From the NCBI GenBank assembly GCA_029977605.1, contig JAPOKN010000002.1, positions 6,925 through 70,924 of the forward strand: a stretch of DNA of 64,000 bases, in the 5' to 3' direction. The position numbers and the translations under genes are program-made. The notes below the pieces were generated by a model that searched no databases, was not told where the DNA came from, and saw only the letters and a list, made by a program, of their open reading frames with translations. This document shows, piece by piece, positions 51,853 to 61,011 of the stretch. Numbering within the stretch: position 1 is the first letter of the stretch; every line of letters starts with the position of its first letter. The stretch comes from Methanobacteriota archaeon. GTDB taxonomy: Archaea; Thermoplasmatota; Poseidoniia; MGIII; CG-Epi1.

Positions 51853-53651
51853 TGGACGATATTCAAGAAAAAAAATATGATGTTCTAGTCATAGGCGCTG
51901 GTGCTGCAGGAATGCGAGCTGCAATTGCGGCATCTGATGAAGGTGCAAGTGTTTGTCTTGTATCAAAGTCTTTGCTTGGCAAAGCCCACACTGTTATGGC
52001 TGAAGGTGGGGCTGCTGCAGCTCTAGGAAATGCGGACGAACGAGATAATTGGAAAGTCCATTTTCGAGATACAATTAAGGGCGGAAAGCATCTAAATAAT
52101 TGGAAAATGGCAAAAATACATGCCGAGCAAGCTCCAGAAAGAATCTTGGAGCTAGAAAGATGGGGGGCTGTTTTTGACCGCACAAAAGATGGAAAGATTA
52201 ACCAAAGAAATTTTGGAGGGCACAGGTACCCAAGATTGGCTCACGTTGGTGATCGAACGGGATTAGAAATTATAAGAACTGTACAAGACAAAGTAATTCA
52301 TCAAGATAACATCGATATTTTTATGGAATGTACTGTTGCAACCATAATTACCGAGGACAACCAAGCTGTAGGGGCCCTTGCATACTACCGTAATAATGGA
52401 GAAATAGTTGCAATTCATGCCAAAGCCATAGTTGTAGCAACTGGAGGCATTGGAAAGGCTTACCGAGTCACCTCAAACTCGTGGGAATATACTGGTGATG
52501 GACATTCTTTAGCCTATTTGGCAGGCGCTGATTTACAGGATATGGAATTCATACAATTTCACCCTACTGGAATGGTGTGGCCACCGAGTGTCAAAGGTAC
52601 GCTAGTAACCGAAGGTGTGAGAGGAGAAGGTGGAGTCTTATTGAATAATAAAGGCGAACGATTTATGTTTAATTATATTCCTGAAGCATTTGCTGCTGAA
52701 ACTGCTAAAGATGAAAAAGAAGCTAATGACTGGTTAAAAGGAAAAGAAGGAGCAATGAGACCTCCTGAACTTCTAACTAGAGATGTAGTGGCCAAGGCTA
52801 TTATGAAGGAAGTTAAAGAAGGAAGAGGCAGTCCTCACGGAGGGGCATTTTTAGACATAGCAAATAGACAAGATGCCGATTATATAAAGAAAAAATTACC
52901 TTCAATGTATCACCAATTTAAAGAACTTGGTGATTTGGATATTACTGAAGAACCAATGGAAGTTGGACCAACTACACATTACATGATGGGCGGAATAACT
53001 GTTGATGCTGAAACTGGCGCCTCAAGCCTAAAAGGAATGTATGCTGCAGGGGAAGCTGCCGCCGGACTTCATGGTGCGAATCGTTTAGGAGGAAATTCAT
53101 TATCTGATTTACTTGTCTTTGGAAATATCTCAGGTAGAGCAGCTGCAAATTTCGCACTTAACACAGAAGAAATCTCGTTTAGTAAAAGTAAACTTAAGAA
53201 AGCTGCTAATGAAATTATAGATTGCTTTTCAGATACAAAAACTGAAAACCCTTACCATTTACACCGAGAATTACAAGATATTATGGAAATGCATGCTGGA
53301 ATTGTGAGAGAAGAAGAATCACTAAACGAAGGTATTGAAAAATTAAAAGATTTGAGCAGAAGAGTACAAAATGCAAAGGCAACCGGAGATCGATCTTACA
53401 ACCCAAGCTGGCATCTATGTCTAGACATGAAAAATATGATTATAACTTCTCTAGCCGTAGCTGAGGCTGCTAAAGAAAGGCGTGAAAGTCGTGGAGGACA
53501 TACAAGGTTAGACTATCCAGAATATGACAAAGAATTAGGGACTTTGAACATAATAATTAGAAAAGGGCCAGATGGCTTAAATATTGTTAAATCAGATAAA
53601 AAAATTATGCCAGATGAATTGCAAGACTTTGTTATGAGGGAGGCTGTATGA
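51840..53651 (+). CDS. sdhA: succinate dehydrogenase / fumarate reductase flavoprotein subunit
   Basis: 603 aa. DVLVIGAGAAGMRAA FAD fold, HTVMAEGG (FAD-linking His region), HPTG and RGGHTR. An alternative ATG at 52 (51852) shares a base with the upstream stop. Confidence 0.93.
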   Translation: MGDLMDDIQEKKYDVLVIGAGAAGMRAAIAASDEGASVCLVSKSLLGKAHTVMAEGGAAAALGNADERDNWKVHFRDTIKGGKHLNNWKMAKIHAEQAPERILELERWGAVFDRTKDGKINQRNFGGHRYPRLAHVGDRTGLEIIRTVQDKVIHQDNIDIFMECTVATIITEDNQAVGALAYYRNNGEIVAIHAKAIVVATGGIGKAYRVTSNSWEYTGDGHSLAYLAGADLQDMEFIQFHPTGMVWPPSVKGTLVTEGVRGEGGVLLNNKGERFMFNYIPEAFAAETAKDEKEANDWLKGKEGAMRPPELLTRDVVAKAIMKEVKEGRGSPHGGAFLDIANRQDADYIKKKLPSMYHQFKELGDLDITEEPMEVGPTTHYMMGGITVDAETGASSLKGMYAAGEAAAGLHGANRLGGNSLSDLLVFGNISGRAAANFALNTEEISFSKSKLKKAANEIIDCFSDTKTENPYHLHRELQDIMEMHAGIVREEESLNEGIEKLKDLSRRVQNAKATGDRSYNPSWHLCLDMKNMIITSLAVAEAAKERRESRGGHTRLDYPEYDKELGTLNIIIRKGPDGLNIVKSDKKIMPDELQDFVMREAV

Positions 53652-54382
53652 AAAGAAAGATAATCATTCAAAGAGGTGAAAAAGAGGATTACTTCATGCA
53701 TGAATTTGAAATGGAGAGTGGACCAGGTATGGTAGTTCTTGACGCCATTCACGAGATTCAGGCAAATGATGCTCCTGATTTAGCCGTGCGGTGGAACTGC
53801 AAAGCTGGAAAATGTGGCTCATGCTCAGCTGAAGTTAATGGAGTTCCAAGCCTCATGTGTATGACTCGGATGTCAGACTATGATCCTTCTGAACCCTTAG
53901 TAATTAAACCAATGAAGGCATTTCCTGTAGTTAAAGACTTAGTAACTGATGTTTCTTGGAACTATGAAGTTAACAAGAAAATTTTACCTTACCAACACCC
54001 AGATACAGATGATCCAAGAATGTTGCAGGAAGACGTAGATCGAGTTCAAGAGTTCAGGAAATGCATCGAATGTTTCCTTTGCCAGGACGTTTGTCATGTT
54101 TTAAGAGATAGCGATATGAAATCTGAATATGCTGGACCTCGTTTTTTGATGCGAAATGCAATGCTGGAAATGCACCCATTAGACCAAGGCGATCGTTTAG
54201 AAACTATAAAAAATGATAACGGAATAGGATTGTGTAATATAACAAAATGTTGTACTGAAGTTTGTCCAGAAAATATTGCTATAACTGACAATGCAATAAT
54301 ACCAATGAAAGAAAGAGTTGCAGACGAATACTATGACCCTCTAAAATGGATTTGGAGAAAATTAACTGGAAAAACCAATTAA
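53648..54382 (+). CDS. sdhB: succinate dehydrogenase iron-sulfur subunit
   Basis: 244 aa. CKAGKCGSC (2Fe-2S), CIECFLCQDVC and CNITKCCTEVCP (4Fe-4S/3Fe-4S). Confidence 0.9.
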   Translation: MKRKIIIQRGEKEDYFMHEFEMESGPGMVVLDAIHEIQANDAPDLAVRWNCKAGKCGSCSAEVNGVPSLMCMTRMSDYDPSEPLVIKPMKAFPVVKDLVTDVSWNYEVNKKILPYQHPDTDDPRMLQEDVDRVQEFRKCIECFLCQDVCHVLRDSDMKSEYAGPRFLMRNAMLEMHPLDQGDRLETIKNDNGIGLCNITKCCTEVCPENIAITDNAIIPMKERVADEYYDPLKWIWRKLTGKTN

Positions 54383-54522
54383 TTACAATTGTTTCCTTCA
54401 CAGCAGGCCTCAACTACCGAATGACATTGGGGACATTCTCTGTGTTGTCTAGCCTCGATTGATTCACCTATAAATCCACATGAGCAACGTATGTAATTTG
54501 TATACGTTCTGTGATTTATCAT
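54379..54522 (-). CDS. possible 47-aa Cys-rich (zinc-ribbon-like) protein, below ORF-track cutoff
   Basis: Own translation: MINHRTYTNYIRCSCGFIGESIEARQHRECPQCHSVVEACCEGNNCN, with CxC...CxxC plus 3 more Cys. A TATA-like TTTTAAAT (minus strand, 54543-54550) sits ~20 nt upstream of its ATG, the same geometry as other genes here. Confidence 0.35.
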   Translation of the reverse strand: MINHRTYTNYIRCSCGFIGESIEARQHRECPQCHSVVEACCEGNNCN

Positions 54523-54552
54523 ATTGTTCTAATTAAAATTGAATTTAAAAAT

Positions 54553-54631
54553 GTTGCCGCTCAACCGACAGGTTGGGAGGTGGGAGGGGGCCCGCCGGGA
54601 GCAGCTAACTGTAATCTAACCGGGTTTTTTT
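54553..54631 (+). ncRNA. candidate small structured RNA / G-rich element ending in a T7 tract
   Basis: GTTGCCGCTCAACCGACAGGTTGGGAGGTGGGAGGGGGCCCGCCGGGAGCAGCTAACTGTAATCTAACCGGGTTTTTTT. This is a sharply GC-rich island in AT-rich non-coding DNA. It has a perfect hairpin CAACC-GACA-GGTTG (54562-54575) and possible outer pairing GCCGCTC/GAGCAGC. The oligo-T run is an archaeal terminator-like signal. Confidence 0.3.
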
Positions 54632-54681
54632 AAAATATTCGTAGAAATATATTTAATTTAGAGGGTGTTACAGTATGCGTT

Positions 54682-56328
54682 ATGGTAAAAGCTCCGCACG
54701 GGACTGAAATGAGTTGCAAAGGATGGCTTCAAGAGGCGGCCCTTAGAATGTTAATGAATAATTTAGATCCTGAAGTTGCTGAAAGACCTGAAGATTTGAT
54801 AGTTTACGGAGGTAGGGGAAAAGCTGCACGAAATCTTGAGTGCTATAATGCAATTGTTAAATCCCTACAAGATTTGGAAAATGATGAAACTCTACTTGTA
54901 CAGAGTGGAAAGCCAGTCGGTATTTTCAAAACTCATTCTGACGCACCTCGAGTTTTAATTGCAAATTCGAATTTGGTAGGAAATTGGGCGAATTGGGAAC
55001 ATTTCGATAAATTAGAAAAAGAAGGGCTAATGATGTATGGCCAAATGACTGCGGGGTCTTGGATTTACATTGGCTCACAAGGTATTCTACAAGGAACTTT
55101 TGAAACATTTGCCGAAGCTGCTAGACAACACTTCAATGGAACTTTAGAAGGGAAACTTGTTGTTACAGGAGGTCTAGGTGGAATGGGTGGTGCACAACCA
55201 TTGGCTGCAACAATGAACGGAGGCACTTTTCTAGCTGCTGAGATGGATGAAGAAAGAATTCAAAAGCGCTTGGACACAAAATATTGTGATGAAATGACCG
55301 ATGATATTGACTATGCAATAGACACTGCACTAGAATGGAAAGAAAATAATATAGCTAAATCAATCGCAGTTAAAGCTAATATCATTGATTTGTTAGCAAG
55401 ACTTATAGAAAGAAATGTAACTCCTGATTTGTTAACTGATCAGACTTCTGCACATGACCCACTGATAGGATATATTCCACATGAGCTAACGAATTCAGAG
55501 GCTGACAAGTTACGAATTGAGAATTCTGAAAAATACATTTCACTAAGCTATGAAAGTATGGGAACGCATGTTAAGCATATGCTGACGTTGAAAGATAGAG
55601 GTTCACATACTTTTGACTATGGAAATAATTTAAGAGAAAGAGCAAAAGAAGCTGGAGTCGAAAATGCCTTCGACTTCCCTGGATTTGTCCCTGCATATAT
55701 TAGGCCTTTATTTTGTGAAGGAAAAGGACCATTCAGATGGGCAGCTTTGTCCGGAGATCCAAATGACATCTTGGAAACTGATAAGATTATGCTAGAATTA
55801 TTCCCTGAAGATAAAGCGCTTGCCAAATGGATAAACATGGCTCAAAAGAGAGTTAGTTTTCAAGGACTACCTGCAAGAATTTGCTGGCTTGGATACGGAG
55901 AGAGAAAAAAGGCCGGTCTTGCCTTTAATGAATTAGTAAAAACAGGAAGAGTAAAAGCTCCATTGGTTATTGGCAGAGATCACCTAGATTCTGGATCTGT
56001 AGCCTCACCTAATAGAGAAACTGAAGACATGAAGGACGGAAGTGACGCTGTCGCTGATTGGCCAATACTCAATGCCCTGCTGAATACAGCATCAGGAGCT
56101 TCATGGGTTAGCTTTCATCACGGTGGTGGCGTTGGGATGGGGTACTCACTTCACTCAGGAATGGTGGTCGTTGCAGATGGAACCAAGGAAGCCGATGAAA
56201 GACTTAGCAGAGTTTTAACAACAGATCCTGGTACTGGTGTCATGAGGCATGTAGATGCAGGATATTCGAGAGCAAAACAAGTAGCCAAAGAAAGAAATGT
56301 AAAGGTTGGACTTGTTGAAGGGTTATGA
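54682..56328 (+). CDS. hutU: urocanate hydratase
   Basis: 548 aa. [33 protein letters not shown] and [13 protein letters not shown] (NAD site) are colinear with bacterial HutU. Confidence 0.92.
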   Translation: MVKAPHGTEMSCKGWLQEAALRMLMNNLDPEVAERPEDLIVYGGRGKAARNLECYNAIVKSLQDLENDETLLVQSGKPVGIFKTHSDAPRVLIANSNLVGNWANWEHFDKLEKEGLMMYGQMTAGSWIYIGSQGILQGTFETFAEAARQHFNGTLEGKLVVTGGLGGMGGAQPLAATMNGGTFLAAEMDEERIQKRLDTKYCDEMTDDIDYAIDTALEWKENNIAKSIAVKANIIDLLARLIERNVTPDLLTDQTSAHDPLIGYIPHELTNSEADKLRIENSEKYISLSYESMGTHVKHMLTLKDRGSHTFDYGNNLRERAKEAGVENAFDFPGFVPAYIRPLFCEGKGPFRWAALSGDPNDILETDKIMLELFPEDKALAKWINMAQKRVSFQGLPARICWLGYGERKKAGLAFNELVKTGRVKAPLVIGRDHLDSGSVASPNRETEDMKDGSDAVADWPILNALLNTASGASWVSFHHGGGVGMGYSLHSGMVVVADGTKEADERLSRVLTTDPGTGVMRHVDAGYSRAKQVAKERNVKVGLVEGL

Positions 56329-57167
56329 ATCTAATTATTGCATCAAAAGCTGATTCGGCATCAATCAATTTAAGAGATAGACTATTGGAAATGTCACCAT
56401 GGGAAAAATGTGGGACATTTGATGGAAATGATATGTGGAAAATTACTAAAACGCATGGCCCTTTTTGTGTTGAAGGAACTCGGTTAATTAGTATAAATAA
56501 CATACATATTCACGCAGAAAAAATTGATGAACAATTTGAAAGAGAAAGTAGTTTGAAACTAAGGAATATAATTTTTTTATCGAGGCATAAAGCTGCAAGC
56601 GGAAAGCCTAGCTTAACAGTTCATCCGATTGGAAATTGGGGGGAAGCTAACTATGGAGGAATTATGGGAGAAGTTACGCCAACTTCAGCAGACATAATGA
56701 CATCTCTCTTGAGAGAAATAAAGAAGAATCAGATTAATGGATATGATGTATGCTTTGAGGCTACTCATCACGGACCTTTGTTAAAAACACCTACTATATT
56801 TCTAGAAATTGGTTCTACTGAAAATGAATGGCAGAATGAAGTACCTGCAAGAGTACTGGTTAAATCGCTTCTCGAATTTCAGCTCAAAAAAGGTACAAAT
56901 GTTCTAGGATTTGGTGGTGGGCACTACACACCAAGGTTTACTGAAGCTGCGCTATCTCACAAGGTATCTTTTGGTCACATAGTAGCTAATTATGGAATAC
57001 CTCATTTGACTGAAAATATGCTCATAAGAGCTCTTGAAGCTGGCAAATCTAAAGGTATTTACTTTCATAAAAAAGGTATGAAAAAAAATGAATATCGAAA
57101 ATGGAAACTTTGGGCAGAAAATAACAAAGTTTCAGTCTTCAAACAGTCAGATTATGAGACTCTTTAA
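56325..57167 (+). CDS. dtdA: archaeal-type D-aminoacyl-tRNA deacylase (DTD2/DtdA)
   Basis: 280 aa. N-terminal [23 protein letters not shown], and FEATHHGP. It overlaps hutU by 4 nt. Confidence 0.78.
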   Translation: MNLIIASKADSASINLRDRLLEMSPWEKCGTFDGNDMWKITKTHGPFCVEGTRLISINNIHIHAEKIDEQFERESSLKLRNIIFLSRHKAASGKPSLTVHPIGNWGEANYGGIMGEVTPTSADIMTSLLREIKKNQINGYDVCFEATHHGPLLKTPTIFLEIGSTENEWQNEVPARVLVKSLLEFQLKKGTNVLGFGGGHYTPRFTEAALSHKVSFGHIVANYGIPHLTENMLIRALEAGKSKGIYFHKKGMKKNEYRKWKLWAENNKVSVFKQSDYETL

Positions 57168-57234
57168 ACCTGATTAGAAGGCTGAGTTTTACATTCTGAA
57201 ACATCCGGTACATTTAAAAAGAAATCCTCACTTA

Positions 57235-58761
57235 ATGAAGTTTAGGTGTAAACCTATGAGTGACGACGACACAGAAAATAGTGGTACTGAAAACAACATA
57301 TCAGAAGCTCCAGCATCTACTCCAAACGAGGGTATTATGGGGCAAATTGATAACTATTTTGGTATCAGTAAAGCCGGTAGTTCCGTAGAGGGTGAGATTC
57401 GTGCAGGAGTGACAACATTCCTTACGATGGCTTACATCCTCATCGTGAATCCTTTAATGCTGTCAGGTGCTGACATAACATTTACGGATTTCGAAACGGG
57501 AATCCCATTCAATGATGCATTAGTTGCTACAGCTGTAGCTTCTTTTATTGCATGTATAATAATGGGACTTTGGGCCAACTTGCCTTTTGCCCTTGCTCCA
57601 GGAATGGGGCTCAATGCATACTTTTTGTACACTGTATGCTTTGGAATGGGGGTACCTTGGGACATTGCTCTTGCAGCAGTATTCGTAGAGGGTCTACTTT
57701 TCGTTGGACTTTCCTATGCTGGCGCTAGAACTGCAATGATTAATGCAATTCCTAAAGATTTAAAAATTGCAACAATGGCAGGTATTGGTCTATTCCTTAC
57801 AATCATAGGAATGCAAAATGCGGGATGGATTGTAGACAATCCTGCAACTTTAATTGACTTTACTAACGCAGGATCCTGGACTCACGAATCTGGGCAATTC
57901 TGGGCCTTAATTGGACTTATAGCAATGGGTGCATTAATGGCTAGAGAGCAAAAAGGCGCAATTATGATTGGAATCTTAGGTGTTAGTATAATTGGATGGA
58001 TAATTGTACCAGGTTCTGATGCACCTTCCGAATTTTTCTCATCACCAGATAATCCCTCAGATACTGTGGGTGCTGTATTCAGTGCTTTAGGAAACGCTGG
58101 AGACCCAATCGAGGGCTCTACCTACGGAGGATGGGGTTCCTTCCTAATGGTAGTAATTGCATTCTTCTTTGTTGATATTTTCGACACTGCAGGTACTTTG
58201 TATGGAGTTGGCAGAATGGCAGGAAAAGTAAACGACGATGACGAACTTGAGAATGCTGATGAAGCTTTTATGGCTGATGCAGCTGGAACAACAATCGGTG
58301 CAGTTATGGGTACTAGTACAGTAACGACATACATCGAATCAGCTTCTGGAATTGAAGAAGGTGGTAAGACTGGATTAACTGCGGTAGTTGTGGGTTTCCT
58401 ATTCTTACTAGGTGTTTTCTTCTCTGACGTCTTTATAGCAATACCTGCTTACGCAACAGCTCCGGCTCTAATGGTAATTGGAGCAATGATGATGCGTGGA
58501 GTAGGTGACATCAAATGGGATGATATCGAAATCGCCATTCCAGCCTTCTTAACGATTGCATTAATGCCATTCGCATACTCTATTGCAGATGGTATCGCAT
58601 GGGGAGTGATTTCCTATGTAGCAATCAAAGTGGCTGTTGGAAAACACCAAGAAATTCTGAACAACCAAATTTTGATGGCAATAACTGTTCTAATGACAAT
58701 GTTCTACCTTGGACCTGGAGAACAGACAACATTTGATTGGATCCTAGATTTCATTAACTAA
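57235..58761 (+). CDS. NCS2/AzgA-family purine (adenine/guanine/hypoxanthine) permease
   Basis: 508 aa. EIRAGVTTFLTMAYILIVNP and ~12 TM. The start may be the ATG at 57256 (MSDDD...). Confidence 0.85.
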   Translation: MKFRCKPMSDDDTENSGTENNISEAPASTPNEGIMGQIDNYFGISKAGSSVEGEIRAGVTTFLTMAYILIVNPLMLSGADITFTDFETGIPFNDALVATAVASFIACIIMGLWANLPFALAPGMGLNAYFLYTVCFGMGVPWDIALAAVFVEGLLFVGLSYAGARTAMINAIPKDLKIATMAGIGLFLTIIGMQNAGWIVDNPATLIDFTNAGSWTHESGQFWALIGLIAMGALMAREQKGAIMIGILGVSIIGWIIVPGSDAPSEFFSSPDNPSDTVGAVFSALGNAGDPIEGSTYGGWGSFLMVVIAFFFVDIFDTAGTLYGVGRMAGKVNDDDELENADEAFMADAAGTTIGAVMGTSTVTTYIESASGIEEGGKTGLTAVVVGFLFLLGVFFSDVFIAIPAYATAPALMVIGAMMMRGVGDIKWDDIEIAIPAFLTIALMPFAYSIADGIAWGVISYVAIKVAVGKHQEILNNQILMAITVLMTMFYLGPGEQTTFDWILDFIN

Positions 58762-58787
58762 GGAAATAATCTAAAAACAGTTAAAAT

Positions 58788-58811
58788 CCCCTGAGCTTAA
58801 TAACTCAGGGG
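58788..58811. repeat. perfect 8-bp inverted repeat (hairpin) between permease and apt
   Basis: CCCCTGAG-cttaataa-CTCAGGGG read directly. It lies 27 nt after the permease stop and 18 nt before the apt ATG. It is GC-rich relative to its surroundings and is not followed by a T tract. Confidence 0.5.
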
Positions 58812-58829
58812 AAACGCAATTAGCAGAGT

Positions 58830-59363
58830 ATGTCTTCAAAAAATAACATCAAAGCAATCGCAAAAAAGATAAGAGATATACAAGACTTTCCAAAAAAAGG
58901 AATTGTATTCAAAGACATAACTCCCGTTTTATCGGATATAGAGTTATTCCGTTTATCAATTGAGGCTATGGCCAAACCATTCATGAAACAAAACATTGAT
59001 GTCGTCGTTGGTATAGAATCAAGAGGTTTCATATTTGGAACTCCGATAGCTGATAAACTCAATGCGGCATTTGTACCAATTAGAAAGCCAGGTAAATTAC
59101 CATGGAGTACTGAAAATATCGAATATGAACTTGAGTACGGAACTGATACTTTGGAAATACATACAGATGCTATAGATGAAGAGCAGAATATCTTAATTGT
59201 AGATGATTTACTAGCTACAGGTGGGACTGCTGAAGCGGCTTGCAAGTTAGTTTCTAAAGTTAAGGGAACTATTAAGGGGTTGACGGTTTTGGTAGAACTT
59301 GAATTTTTAAATGGCCGAGAAAAACTAAATCCATATAATGTTCATTCAATAGTGAAGTATTAA
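58830..59363 (+). CDS. apt: adenine phosphoribosyltransferase
   Basis: 177 aa. FPKKGIVFKDITP, GIESRGFIFG, and the PRPP motif ILIVDDLLATGGTA. Confidence 0.9.
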   Translation: MSSKNNIKAIAKKIRDIQDFPKKGIVFKDITPVLSDIELFRLSIEAMAKPFMKQNIDVVVGIESRGFIFGTPIADKLNAAFVPIRKPGKLPWSTENIEYELEYGTDTLEIHTDAIDEEQNILIVDDLLATGGTAEAACKLVSKVKGTIKGLTVLVELEFLNGREKLNPYNVHSIVKY

Positions 59364-59365
59364 TT

Positions 59366-59884
59366 ATGAAACTATTAATCTCTGAAAATGATATTCAAAA
59401 ACGTGTTAAATCTTTAGGTAAACAAATTAATGAAGATTATAAAGGTAAAAAACCAATTTTCGTAGGTATTCTAAACGGATGCTATGTTTTCATGGCTGAT
59501 CTCCTTCGAGAAATCAATTTAGATGTTGAAGTTGATTTTGTTAAGATAAGATCCTATGAGGGAAACTCATCAACTGGAACTATTAAATTTAGGAAAGATA
59601 TCTCTGCAAACATTGATGGAAGAGATATAATTATTGTAGAAGATATTATTGACTCTGGATTCACAATTAACTTTCTGGTAAATCGATTAAGAAATTCTGG
59701 ACCTAAATCAGTTTCTGTAGCTACGGCATTATTCAAAAAAGAAGTCGCAAAACTGGACTTTAAAGTTGATTATGTAGGATTTGAGATACCTCCCGAATTT
59801 GTCGTTGGATATGGCTTAGACTACGATGAAAAATACAGGCAACTAAAAAGTGTAATGGTCTTGGAGCCCGAAGATATAAATTAA
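59366..59884 (+). CDS. hpt: hypoxanthine(-guanine) phosphoribosyltransferase
   Basis: 172 aa. The PRPP motif IIIVEDIIDSGFT and VVGYGLDY.E.YR. Confidence 0.88.
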   Translation: MKLLISENDIQKRVKSLGKQINEDYKGKKPIFVGILNGCYVFMADLLREINLDVEVDFVKIRSYEGNSSTGTIKFRKDISANIDGRDIIIVEDIIDSGFTINFLVNRLRNSGPKSVSVATALFKKEVAKLDFKVDYVGFEIPPEFVVGYGLDYDEKYRQLKSVMVLEPEDIN

Positions 59885-59928
59885 GAGCAAACGATTTATA
59901 GGGCTTAATCAAACACAATAGGGGAAAG

Positions 59929-60978
59929 ATGAGAATAGATGACGACCTAAAGCTAACCTTCAGAGATGTTCTGATTCGGCCAAAGCGAAGTACACTAAAA
60001 TCACGTTCTGAAGTTTCATTATCAAGAATCTTTAAATTTAGACATACTGAGCGTGAGTGGAAAGGAATACCTGTTGTTGCTGCAAATATGGATACCACAG
60101 GAACTTTCGAAATAGCTAACGAACTGCAAAAAGATAGATTACTTACCTGTTTACAGAAGTTTTATTCGGTTAAAGAAATAAAAAGTGCAATTCAAAACGG
60201 AATGGATCCTTATCACATTGCCATAACTTCAGGATCTACTGAAGAAAGTATGGAATTGTTAAGGCGAAAAATGGCTATACATGAAAAATTGCAATACATT
60301 TGCCTTGATGTTGCTAATGGTTACAGAGAAGATTTCCTTCAATTTGTTAGGAAAGTAAGAAAAGAATTTGATGACAAAATAATTATTGCTGGTAACGTTG
60401 CAACAAGAGAAATGACTGAAGCTCTTATTTTGGCTGGAGCTGATATTGTAAAAGTAGGAATAGGGCCTGGTTCAGTTTGTACAACACGAAAAGTTGCTGG
60501 AGTAGGATATCCCCAGTTATCTGCAATATCTGAATGCTCAGACGCTGCACATGGACTAGGGGGACATGTTATGTCAGATGGAGGATGTACATCACCTGGA
60601 GATATTGCAAAGGCCTTTGCAGCTGGTGCGGATTTTGTCATGTTAGGAGGTATGTTAGCTGGTCATGCTGAATCTGGAGGTGAACTTATTGAAAATGAGG
60701 ATGGAACAAAAAGTAAGATATTCTATGGAATGAGCTCTGAAAAAGCTATGACTACCTATTTTGGTGAAGTAGCAAAGCATAGGGCTCCCGAAGGTAAAGA
60801 AGTAAGAGTCCCATACAAAGGTAAAGTAGAAAATACTATTCAGTCAATTCTTGGCGGTGTAAGATCTGCGTGTTCATATGTTGGAGCTAGAAGAATCAAA
60901 GATTTACCCAAGTGCACTACTTTCGTAAGAGTTACCATAACTACAAACGAGATATATACTTCTCATGAAGTAAGTTAG
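59929..60978 (+). CDS. guaC: GMP reductase (bacterial GuaC type)
   Basis: 349 aa, colinear with E. coli GuaC as recalled: MRI..DLKL.F.DVLIRPKRSTLKSRS.V, AANMDT.GTF, IKVGIGPGSVCTTR, GYPQLSA..EC.DAAHGLGG, DGGC..PGD.AKAF..GADFVMLGGMLAGH.ESGG. Confidence 0.88.
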   Translation: MRIDDDLKLTFRDVLIRPKRSTLKSRSEVSLSRIFKFRHTEREWKGIPVVAANMDTTGTFEIANELQKDRLLTCLQKFYSVKEIKSAIQNGMDPYHIAITSGSTEESMELLRRKMAIHEKLQYICLDVANGYREDFLQFVRKVRKEFDDKIIIAGNVATREMTEALILAGADIVKVGIGPGSVCTTRKVAGVGYPQLSAISECSDAAHGLGGHVMSDGGCTSPGDIAKAFAAGADFVMLGGMLAGHAESGGELIENEDGTKSKIFYGMSSEKAMTTYFGEVAKHRAPEGKEVRVPYKGKVENTIQSILGGVRSACSYVGARRIKDLPKCTTFVRVTITTNEIYTSHEVS

Positions 60979-61011
60979 ATAGTTTAATAAATCTCCTTAC
61001 AAAGGGAGTAT

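Noticed and set aside
54675-54707. Upstream ATG (54675) as the hutU start
   Set aside because: It is out of frame with hutU and terminates after 10 codons ([10 protein letters not shown]). The ATG at 54682 gives the conserved MVKAPHGTE... N-terminus.
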